Source: a virus
IMG/VR virus record: IMGVR_UViG_3300021429_002604
Coordinates: 1-64,000 of that record
Length of the DNA: 64,000 nucleotides
Strand: one strand, 5' to 3'
Position 1 is the first letter of the stretch; each line of letters begins with the position of its first letter. Under the pieces are notes generated by a model that did not search any database, was not told the DNA's origin, and saw only the letters and a list, made by a program, of their open reading frames with translations. The position numbers were made by a program, and so were the translations under genes. Shown here piece after piece: positions 56,662 through 64,000 of the stretch.

Positions 56662-58077
56662 ATGTGCGGAATACTATTAACAACTAGAGGTAAATCTAAG
56701 CCTGAAATATTAGATTCAATTAAGCATAGGGGAATAGAAAGCTCCAAGGAAACATTTCCTGGACCTACCGAAGTCACATTGTGCCACCACAGGCTACCCA
56801 TACAGACACTCGATGGTGATGACTGGAATCAGCCGATCGAGCTATCCGAAGGGGTTTATCTGATGTTTAATGGTGAGATCTTTAATTATGACACCAATCT
56901 ATTTGAATCTGATACCGAATATCTCTGTAATTTATTTTCGAAATATCAGGGAGGAAATATAGAATTCTTTGCTGCAATGTATGTTCCCCATATTGTAAAA
57001 TGGGATGGATTTTGGGCGATTGTAATCTATAACTCAAAAACTGGTGATGTTATCTCTTTCACGGATCCACTTGGAAAGAAATGCCTTTATCGAAATGAGC
57101 TTGGTGAGATCTGTTCTGAGATAAAGGGTCTTTATACTCAGCACTCCGATATAGATCAAAAGTTTATCAGCTCTGTTCGGAAATGGGGATATAACAAGGA
57201 TAACAGAACAGCTTACACCAATATAAAAAGATTACTACCTAATAACATCTACTCTCATAATATAAATTCTCCGATGTTCGAGAGCATTTATCCCGAGTAT
57301 TACCGAGCATGGGATCTTCCAATCCCTGAATTGAAAGATGCTGATTATGAAGCACACATTAATTGGCTTTGGGATAAGATGTTCGAGAGTGTTGGAAATA
57401 GATTGGTTTCTAGAAACTATCCCATCTCCATATTAGTATCTGGCGGACTTGATTCGTCTATTATAGCTGCCGTATTAAAAGAGATGGAAGCTAAAGTAAA
57501 ATGGTTTAGTATAGAGAATGGAGAAACCCCCTTTATTAATGATTTAAGCGCTCATTTAGACACTCCTGTGACTTTCCTAGACTATGATATGGATTCGGAG
57601 AAAAACGGTCTTATATACGCTCTATGGAACGAAAGTCCGATAGATTTAGGTTCTGTTATACCCCAGTATCATCTTTTTGAAGCAATACGCAAAAATACTG
57701 ACTATAGGATAGTTATAAGTGGGGATGGATCGGATGAGCTTTTTGGTGGATATTCAAGGATCCATGAATATGATTCACAAAAATCTGATACATTTGAGGA
57801 GCTTCCATTCTATCATTTACCTAGATTGGACAAGATGTCAATGGCACACACTTTGGAGCTAAGGAGTCCTTTCCTAAATCTAGATATCGTTAGATTTGCT
57901 ATGCACCTGCCTCTTGAATGGAGAAAAGATAAGAAAATACTAAAAGACACATTTGGTCCAATGCTTCCTGAGTCCATAGTTAATCGAAAAAAAGAGGCTC
58001 TTAAGAATCCTGAAATTAAAGAGGATAAACTGGCATATCGTCAGAAAGCGGTGGACCTTTTCTTATCTATTGCTTGA
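56662..58077 (+). CDS. asnB: Asparagine synthetase B-like glutamine amidotransferase
   Basis: MCGI (Ntn Cys), HHRL, FNGEIFN, SGGLDSS, SGDGSDELFGGY, RLDKMSMAH.LE.RSPFL. Confidence 0.9.
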   Translation: MCGILLTTRGKSKPEILDSIKHRGIESSKETFPGPTEVTLCHHRLPIQTLDGDDWNQPIELSEGVYLMFNGEIFNYDTNLFESDTEYLCNLFSKYQGGNIEFFAAMYVPHIVKWDGFWAIVIYNSKTGDVISFTDPLGKKCLYRNELGEICSEIKGLYTQHSDIDQKFISSVRKWGYNKDNRTAYTNIKRLLPNNIYSHNINSPMFESIYPEYYRAWDLPIPELKDADYEAHINWLWDKMFESVGNRLVSRNYPISILVSGGLDSSIIAAVLKEMEAKVKWFSIENGETPFINDLSAHLDTPVTFLDYDMDSEKNGLIYALWNESPIDLGSVIPQYHLFEAIRKNTDYRIVISGDGSDELFGGYSRIHEYDSQKSDTFEELPFYHLPRLDKMSMAHTLELRSPFLNLDIVRFAMHLPLEWRKDKKILKDTFGPMLPESIVNRKKEALKNPEIKEDKLAYRQKAVDLFLSIA

Positions 58078-58102
58078 TATTAGAATATTAAGATCTTCCT
58101 TG

Positions 58103-58110
58103 GATATATA
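58103..58110 (+). promoter_or_regulatory. Class III (late) promoter GATATATA
   Basis: Intergenic, 28 nt before ATG 58131. Confidence 0.7.
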
Positions 58111-58130
58111 GTTTAAATAATTTCATAGGA

Positions 58131-58799
58131 ATGTCAAAAATAAAAAAATTCGAAGATTTTTCATATGAGCCTGAACCTATCCAGGAGGGCTTCATGGATG
58201 ATGTCACTGGTGTAATTGGAAAAATGATCCCATTCCTAGGCACGGGGTTCATTAAGACTGTTAAACAGAAATTAGCAGCTACCCTGCTTGAAAAACTAGG
58301 TATCCTTGAAAATTCAGCAGCTTCTGTGATTGTGCAGGAATTAGTTGACTCGATAGAACTGAAAGAAATGCCAGGCCTATTGACAGGAGAAAATGCAAAT
58401 GCCGAATTTTTGGCACCAAGATTAGCTCAGGCTGTACAGGAATATATTCAAAGAAAAGGTTTCGATTCTCTATATGTTCCGTTTGGTATAGATCCTAATG
58501 GATGGTTAGCTTCAACCATAAGAGAAAGCTTCCAAGAAGAGATTGGTAAGGAGAGATTAACTGCTTTCTTCCTAAGAGCACTTGGAGGTGAATCGGTAGG
58601 AAAGGATGTTTTAAATAAACTGGATCCTAAAAGCAAAGAGCAATTCAAAGACGCACTAACGCAGCAATTAGCTAAAGAATATCCAATTAAGGGCAAGGAA
58701 GGTTCAGGATCTTCTCAATCAGGAGGATTTATGGATACACTCGGAGCAATCTGGGATGGATTTGCAGGTGGAGCAAAAGAAGTAAAAGCTGGATCTTAA
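58131..58799 (+). CDS. Putative internal head protein
   Basis: MSKIKKFEDF...IQE N-terminus and a late promoter. Confidence 0.6.
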   Translation: MSKIKKFEDFSYEPEPIQEGFMDDVTGVIGKMIPFLGTGFIKTVKQKLAATLLEKLGILENSAASVIVQELVDSIELKEMPGLLTGENANAEFLAPRLAQAVQEYIQRKGFDSLYVPFGIDPNGWLASTIRESFQEEIGKERLTAFFLRALGGESVGKDVLNKLDPKSKEQFKDALTQQLAKEYPIKGKEGSGSSQSGGFMDTLGAIWDGFAGGAKEVKAGS

Positions 58800-58814
58800 T
58801 AAAAAATTTTCAAT

Positions 58815-59153
58815 ATGAATCAACAAAACGTAGCAAAAAGAGAAATCTTAGATTATAAACAATTTTTAGGTAAGGTTCATGACGATACCTATAAACCATT
58901 TTCTCCCGAGAATCAAACCCCTCAGCCAGAGAAAACTGGTCTTTCTAAGATAACAAGAGAGCCTGCATATGATTATGCTGGTTACGCAGATTCAGTATTC
59001 GGCCAACAATCTAAAGTTGATGTACCTGGATACAGAATATCCATAGGTAATCAATCAGGAACAGTTGATGCCTCTGGTGCTGCTGGTATTTTTAATATAG
59101 GAAGTGCTAACGAATCGGAGGAATTCGAAATTAAGAAATTGAGCGATTTCTAA
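58815..59153 (+). CDS. Hypothetical protein
   Basis: 112 aa; ILDYKQF near the N-terminus and IKKLSDF at the C-terminus. Confidence 0.7.
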   Translation: MNQQNVAKREILDYKQFLGKVHDDTYKPFSPENQTPQPEKTGLSKITREPAYDYAGYADSVFGQQSKVDVPGYRISIGNQSGTVDASGAAGIFNIGSANESEEFEIKKLSDF

Positions 59154-59173
59154 ATTGATATATTATTAAAAAG

Positions 59174-59201
59174 AAAAAGAGAGCATCCGCTCTCTTTTTT
59201 T
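59174..59201. terminator. Bidirectional terminator between convergent genes
   Basis: AAAAAGAGAGC-atcc-GCTCTCTTTTT. Confidence 0.85.
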
Positions 59202-59925
59202 ATGTTATGGTCTCTATAAATTTTTCTTTTGCCAGTTTATAGATTTCTGAGTTTTCGTCGAAATTCTCGTATATCTCTATAACATGAAGCTCCGGAGATA
59301 TCCTCTTCTCCTTTGAAAATTCATCCAATATCTCATGGTAGATGTATTCGTAGTTTAGTGAGAAAGTTTGATTCTTGAGATAGATCTTCTTGAGTACACA
59401 AATTTCTTTATCTCCCTCCGAAGTTTTGAGTGTGACTGATCCTTGCCAATAATATGATATGATCTTATCCGTGATCATATTTCTAACTATTAGGATTCCT
59501 GAATTGAGTCTCTCCTCTGAACTTGCGTTCAATTTTGATTTAACCTTGAATATACGGATTTTAGATTCCTCTTCCTTTAATATTTCCAGACAAACCTCAG
59601 AGTACCCATACAGAGTCTCCAGTGAGGATTCTATTATATGATTTAATGTTGATCTGTCATCATCCTCAAGATCTTCAAATTTAAATTTTTTGACATATTC
59701 CTTTTCTTCCGACTTAAGTTGTCTTATGATGGATGGGTTGATGACCTTGGTGTCTTTAAATTCGTTTAGTGATTTTATAATCTGTGAAACGGCTCTTAAT
59801 GTGGAATAGCAATTCCCCGAATCCAGGTCTTTGCTTATTGATTTTAGATAATCTAATAAAACGTACTCTTTGTGCTCCGGGTCTATTGGATCTTTTATGA
59901 ACCAAATTGGGCTTATATTCTTCAT
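59200..59925 (-). CDS. Hypothetical protein (only credible minus-strand gene)
   Basis: 241 aa with no long competing + strand ORF; shares the terminator; AAATATATA upstream on the minus strand. Confidence 0.85.
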   Translation of the reverse strand: MKNISPIWFIKDPIDPEHKEYVLLDYLKSISKDLDSGNCYSTLRAVSQIIKSLNEFKDTKVINPSIIRQLKSEEKEYVKKFKFEDLEDDDRSTLNHIIESSLETLYGYSEVCLEILKEEESKIRIFKVKSKLNASSEERLNSGILIVRNMITDKIISYYWQGSVTLKTSEGDKEICVLKKIYLKNQTFSLNYEYIYHEILDEFSKEKRISPELHVIEIYENFDENSEIYKLAKEKFIETIT

Positions 59926-59989
59926 ATTCCGACTTTTTTAAAAAAACATGCTTCTATTATATATTTGAAACATAAAAATGTTACAAAAG

Positions 59990-59997
59990 GATATATA
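59990..59997 (+). promoter_or_regulatory. Class III (late) promoter GATATATA
   Basis: Intergenic, 26 nt before ATG 60016. Confidence 0.7.
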
Positions 59998-60015
59998 GAA
60001 TAAATAAAAAAATAA

Positions 60016-60465
60016 ATGTCAAGAATATACGATTATACTGCATTCTCAGGAAACTCCAGAAAGGGAGGTAATTCCAACGACTATTCATTCGGTATTGATA
60101 TGAAATATGTTGATATTGATATTTTTGGTAAACCCGAGGAATACGAGGAACTTTCCGATTGTAAGGCTTTTATAGAATACTCCGTTGATTTAATTGTGAA
60201 AAGGGGTGGTATAGATAGTCTAATATTCAATGTTAATTCAATAGAATTTGAGTTTTCTGTTGATGATTATCCTAACGGGTCTAAGGAGTTTGATATCGAT
60301 CTGATCCCGGGTAAGACTGTAGATTACAACCAGATAAAAACGGAAGTTCATGATAGTGCTATTCCAACATATCCGGACAAACTAGAGATCAATATGAACA
60401 AATCAACTGACCCTAGAAACTTCGATATTACCGTGTATTTTGGTAACGACGTGAAATATAGATAA
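60016..60465 (+). CDS. Hypothetical acidic protein
   Basis: 149 aa with a late promoter. Confidence 0.75.
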   Translation: MSRIYDYTAFSGNSRKGGNSNDYSFGIDMKYVDIDIFGKPEEYEELSDCKAFIEYSVDLIVKRGGIDSLIFNVNSIEFEFSVDDYPNGSKEFDIDLIPGKTVDYNQIKTEVHDSAIPTYPDKLEINMNKSTDPRNFDITVYFGNDVKYR

Positions 60466-60467
60466 CT

Positions 60468-61424
60468 ATGAGAATTTTAAAATTTAATGAATTTTACATA
60501 AATGAAAGCGAAAGCGAAGTAGTTGCATATGAAGTTCCCGATGTGAAAAACATCATGGATGACGGATATGAGATATCAGCTGAATCTTTTTTAGACACTG
60601 AATCTACACCACCCACCGGTAAAATATTAGTGACAAAGGATGGAGATAACTCGATAACTATATCATTTTGCGATAGATTCGGAAAGATGGATAACCAGCT
60701 AAATATATCAAAGGATTCTGTAAAGATCACTAAAAATTCGGATGATGAATATACCATAAAGGTGGATCCGAATCTTAGATGGCTAAACACCGGAAACAAC
60801 CGTGACAATCTGGAGGATTTTATCGAGGAATTTGTTAATTGTAAAATGGACACTGAAACATATGGTACTAGACTTAAGGACGGTATTAAAGACGATGTAT
60901 ATTTTATAATGGATGCCATGGGGATACCTTGTGAAGTTACTGAATTTCAAAAACTAGAGGACGATAACAAATACGAGGTCACATTGGATAATGGAATGGT
61001 AATAGATGCTAAAAAAAGAACATCGGATGACCTGGTTGGAAATTTTGACATCTACAAGAAGCATTCAGACATATACCCATCAGTTTCTATAAAGAGCGAC
61101 AGTGGAAAGATGCTGTTTACTTTTAAACCTGAAGAAATGGATCCCGTTGAAATAGAATCAAATATTACGGAGATAGGTAAGGACGATTACCTAAATTATC
61201 TTCTTAAAAAATCTCTAGGTGTAGATAGCACCATTGACGAGGAGAGATTATACAATCACTTTGTTAAATCCATAGAGGATCATGGAGAATATTCCGATGA
61301 CGACGGCGATGAAATGCAGGAAAGAGGAAGAGCATCTGCTAAGCGGATAAAGGACCTTAAGAAATTGATATCCTCATTTCTTCCCGAGAGCAAAATACGG
61401 GAGATATATCCAGATAAGAATTAA
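60468..61424 (+). CDS. Putative internal head protein (acidic)
   Basis: MRILKFNEFYINE N-terminus. Confidence 0.6.
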   Translation: MRILKFNEFYINESESEVVAYEVPDVKNIMDDGYEISAESFLDTESTPPTGKILVTKDGDNSITISFCDRFGKMDNQLNISKDSVKITKNSDDEYTIKVDPNLRWLNTGNNRDNLEDFIEEFVNCKMDTETYGTRLKDGIKDDVYFIMDAMGIPCEVTEFQKLEDDNKYEVTLDNGMVIDAKKRTSDDLVGNFDIYKKHSDIYPSVSIKSDSGKMLFTFKPEEMDPVEIESNITEIGKDDYLNYLLKKSLGVDSTIDEERLYNHFVKSIEDHGEYSDDDGDEMQERGRASAKRIKDLKKLISSFLPESKIREIYPDKN

Positions 61425-61442
61425 ATCGATACGCGACGAAAC

Positions 61443-61480
61443 AAAGACCATCCTAGATTCTACAATTTAGGATGGTTTTT
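61443..61480 (+). terminator. 17-bp hairpin/terminator overlapping a class II motif (61438..61466)
   Basis: AAAGACCATCCTAGATT-ctac-AATTTAGGATGGTTTTT, with two G-U pairs. Confidence 0.7.
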
Positions 61481-61515
61481 AATGTGGGGTGCTGTCAAGT
61501 TTTTTAGTAAAACCA

Positions 61516-61544
61516 GAAACAATCCACTTTAAAAAATGTAAAAT
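61516..61544 (+). promoter_or_regulatory. Class II promoter: GAAAC-N18-TAhAAw
   Basis: GAAAC(61516)...TAAAAT(61539), 14 nt before ATG 61553. Confidence 0.6.
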
Positions 61545-61552
61545 ATATAAAG

Positions 61553-62221
61553 ATGCGTGATCTGATTGCTCTTTTATTTGGTAAAAACAAAAAAAGTAAA
61601 AAAATGGATATAACAGAAAAGAATCTGGATGAAGCTAGAGCTATGTATGCAGGTATGGACTTTCAATGGATTAAGGGTGACGATGCCCTTTCTATCGAGA
61701 CCTTTAAATCGATGAGTTTAAATGGTGAGACTGCCTTTATAGAATTCACTAGCGGGAAGAGAATCAACCTTGATCTCTTGGAGGAGTTCATGACATATTT
61801 CCCCTCACAACCCAAAGCTCCCGCACCGGTAGCAATTGAAACTGTGACCCATCAGGAGCCAAGAGTTTCCAGAGTTACTGAAGTTGTTTATCAGGATCAT
61901 TCATCGGGAATGGCTGATGTTGACTCACCGATATATAAGCTACTAAGAAAGCAAAAGAAGAACATCGTGGAAGTTTCGATTAAGATGAAGCTTAATCTTC
62001 CTCCCAAGGAACTTTATGGGGTTCTTTCCACTTCTTTCGAGGATGCCGATAATGAGATTATAAATTTTGTTTTGGATGGTGTTGACATTGACGATATTAA
62101 AGCGTCACTGGCAGAGTCCATTAAAAAATCATACTACTCAATCGGTAGCAAACAGGAACTAGAAAAAACTGTAAGCACTAAATCAAACAGAAAAAATTCT
62201 ACAAGTAGCCATGAAGAATAA
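61553..62221 (+). CDS. Hypothetical protein
   Basis: 222 aa ORF; no motif recognised. Confidence 0.75.
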   Translation: MRDLIALLFGKNKKSKKMDITEKNLDEARAMYAGMDFQWIKGDDALSIETFKSMSLNGETAFIEFTSGKRINLDLLEEFMTYFPSQPKAPAPVAIETVTHQEPRVSRVTEVVYQDHSSGMADVDSPIYKLLRKQKKNIVEVSIKMKLNLPPKELYGVLSTSFEDADNEIINFVLDGVDIDDIKASLAESIKKSYYSIGSKQELEKTVSTKSNRKNSTSSHEE

Positions 62222-62795
62222 GGAAAAAGTTTTATTAAATACCCCAAAATTTAATGTGGTCGAGAGAGGCAATAAGGCAGGTATAGTTTCAAGTGTTGAA
62301 ACCGTTATGCTTCTCCCTTTCATAGCCGATGATAATGGACTACCTTTAATGTTGGGAGTTCTGAAAGAAAGAAATCTTTTCAGGGAAGGCGGATATTGTC
62401 TAAGCCTAATCACGGGAACGTGCGAGGAGGAAGACCCAGATTATCTACAAACCGCAAAAAGGGAGCTGAAGGAGGAATCTGGGTATGACGTTCCTGATAA
62501 TACTAAGTGGTATTTTTTAGGAACAGTTACAGCTACCAAGTTTGTTGAAAAAGAATATCCATGCTTTGCTATTGATGTTACCGGTATCGAGAAGGGCGAA
62601 CCTGAAACCGACGGGTCTGAACAGGAGGCATTATCATCTTTTCATTTTATACCCGCTAATGACGTTGTTAAATCCAAGGATGTTTTTATACCTGCTCTTT
62701 TTCTTAAACTTTTTAAGTTTGTTGTTGGTATGGATCTTTATAACAGAGACGATTCTGTTTTCTCTAAAACCAAAGGATTTACAGCAGATATCTAA
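62211..62795 (+). CDS. Nudix hydrolase
   Basis: Nudix box GTCEEEDPDYLQTAKRELKEESG. Confidence 0.9.
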   Translation: MKNKEKVLLNTPKFNVVERGNKAGIVSSVETVMLLPFIADDNGLPLMLGVLKERNLFREGGYCLSLITGTCEEEDPDYLQTAKRELKEESGYDVPDNTKWYFLGTVTATKFVEKEYPCFAIDVTGIEKGEPETDGSEQEALSSFHFIPANDVVKSKDVFIPALFLKLFKFVVGMDLYNRDDSVFSKTKGFTADI

Positions 62796-62807
62796 TATTT
62801 TTATTTT

Positions 62808-63107
62808 ATGAGTAACAGAAGAGAAAGAAGGCAGATTTTAAAAAAAATGGGGTTGCTTAGCGAGACCAAAATGAATGGGGCTTCATTAGGAGATTCCATC
62901 GAAATGGGAAGAAATAAGCATCGTCAGCATCTACAAAGAGTAAAAAATGATCTAATTAAGCAGGAGAAGGAAAGATCAGGCCAGGAACAAGATACAAATG
63001 AAGTTTTTTACTACAGAAACCAGTCAAACGAGTATTCTTCATTGCAATCTCTCCTGCTGAATAGAAATTGGAAAAACTTCGAATCTAACGAAGACAATGC
63101 AGAGTAA
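62808..63107 (+). CDS. Hypothetical basic protein
   Basis: MSNRRERRQILKK; 99 aa. Confidence 0.7.
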   Translation: MSNRRERRQILKKMGLLSETKMNGASLGDSIEMGRNKHRQHLQRVKNDLIKQEKERSGQEQDTNEVFYYRNQSNEYSSLQSLLLNRNWKNFESNEDNAE

Positions 63108-63426
63108 GACTAAAATAAACTTCCACATATCGAGATACTCTCCGAAAGAAGCCAAAAAAAGAGCAATTGACGGGTGTGACTTCTATGTGGTCGACATCTC
63201 CAAAATTATAAGAGAATTGGGATATGAAACGGAGAACCTCTCAGATGAATCCGAATTTATAATAAACTACACTATTCGCAAGAAAATCCTACAAGGAATA
63301 TATAGTACAAAGTGTGACGGTATACTTGTGTGCTATAAGAGTCTATCCCAGGACTTTCTCGAAAATCTCGAAAATTTCTTGGAAGAACACTCGGAGGAAT
63401 TTGAGTATGCCATTCACAGTCTTTAA
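63097..63426 (+). CDS. Hypothetical protein
   Basis: 109 aa overlapping the previous stop. Confidence 0.7.
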   Translation: MQSKTKINFHISRYSPKEAKKRAIDGCDFYVVDISKIIRELGYETENLSDESEFIINYTIRKKILQGIYSTKCDGILVCYKSLSQDFLENLENFLEEHSEEFEYAIHSL

Positions 63427-63445
63427 AAAAAAGATTGAATGGTAA

Positions 63446-64000
63446 ATGCCAAGTAACGGACCTAGTCAACAAGAGCTTCTCTTAAAACAGAACACATCCG
63501 ATGTTGTAAATCGTAACAGTAACCTTGGATCTAATAATCCTTTTAAAGGTCCCACTGCGAGAAGCCTTTTCTATGAAGGTGCTAAAAGAAATCCTAGTAA
63601 ATATGGACAGTACCTGTTCTATTCTCTGGGTAAGAACGACAACAACTTCGTTGACTCTTATTATAAATCAGAAAACGCTGACAATAATAGAAAAGTATCA
63701 TCTCTAAAATCTAAAAATCCTTCCGCTGGATATCTGGTGAGAGAAACAGCCGATCTTGAGGCTGTTAGCTCAGAAGCCGGACAGAGAATAGGAGGATTAG
63801 TTTCTAGCTTTGAAAAAAATATAATAGGGGGAATAGCAGCACCTTATTACTGGAAAGATTTTCTATATTGTAAATATTACGGTGCTATACCAAATAATTA
63901 CATGATCACCCTTAGGAGATTTCCTACACCCGTACTCGACAATCTTAGCGTACCCGATTCCATTAAAAGCACAGAAGCATATAGAACAGAAGGTGTGGGT
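63446..64000 (+). CDS. 3'-partial protein, possibly structural
   Basis: ATG 63446 is open to the window end (MPSNGPSQ...WKDFLYCKYYGAIPNNYMITLRRFP); absent from the ORF track because it has no stop. Confidence 0.75.
   Translation, partial: MPSNGPSQQELLLKQNTSDVVNRNSNLGSNNPFKGPTARSLFYEGAKRNPSKYGQYLFYSLGKNDNNFVDSYYKSENADNNRKVSSLKSKNPSAGYLVRETADLEAVSSEAGQRIGGLVSSFEKNIIGGIAAPYYWKDFLYCKYYGAIPNNYMITLRRFPTPVLDNLSVPDSIKSTEAYRTEGVG

Noticed and set aside
61930-61937. Intragenic GATATATA in 61553..62221
   Set aside because: No convincing gene start follows, and it is within chance expectation for an AT-rich octamer.
810-63707. Many short antisense or alternative-frame ORFs (e.g. 21817..22374, 25598..26023, 60494..60919, 63525..63707)
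   Set aside because: They lie inside well-supported genes, have shadow-like composition (S/F/L-rich) and lack motifs or promoters.
1-64000. tRNA, rRNA, introns, inteins, homing endonucleases or IS elements
   Set aside because: None were recognised. Terminase, ligase, portal and capsid genes appear uninterrupted and intergenic gaps are short. A tRNAscan/Infernal run would be needed to exclude small RNAs formally.

Overview
This 64 kb window comes from a large, AT-rich, T4-like (contractile-tailed) bacteriophage using the standard genetic code. All credible genes but one lie on the + strand. Gene starts have A-rich leaders with no Shine-Dalgarno, and TAnnTTTG promoter boxes suggest a Bacteroidota host (inference). 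In order, the window holds: the 3' end of a tail fibre with an S74 chaperone; a modification cluster (four DxD/GT-A-like proteins, a radical SAM protein, two 2OG-Fe(II) oxygenases, a GT4 glycosyltransferase and a TibC/Aah-like heptosyltransferase); neck, terminase, sheath, two tail tubes, hub and a tape-measure-like gene; dCMP deaminase, an ECF-like sigma factor and a PD-(D/E)XK nuclease; gp55/gp4/gp2-like genes; two tandem portal genes; HldE kinase, ligase, clamp loader, GMP kinase and other nucleases; a nucleotidyltransferase; a protease-scaffold fusion and the major capsid protein; putative internal head proteins; a kinase plus AsnB-like amidotransferase; and a Nudix hydrolase. The main observations are two candidate programmed frameshifts (about 20.8 kb and 30.56 kb), two portals with identical C-terminal tails, three promoter classes suggesting a sigma cascade, a family of proteins with T4-like capsid-targeting N-termini (one a nucleotidyltransferase), and a possible virion glycosylation system. 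All functional calls come from motif recognition by eye; no database searches were run.
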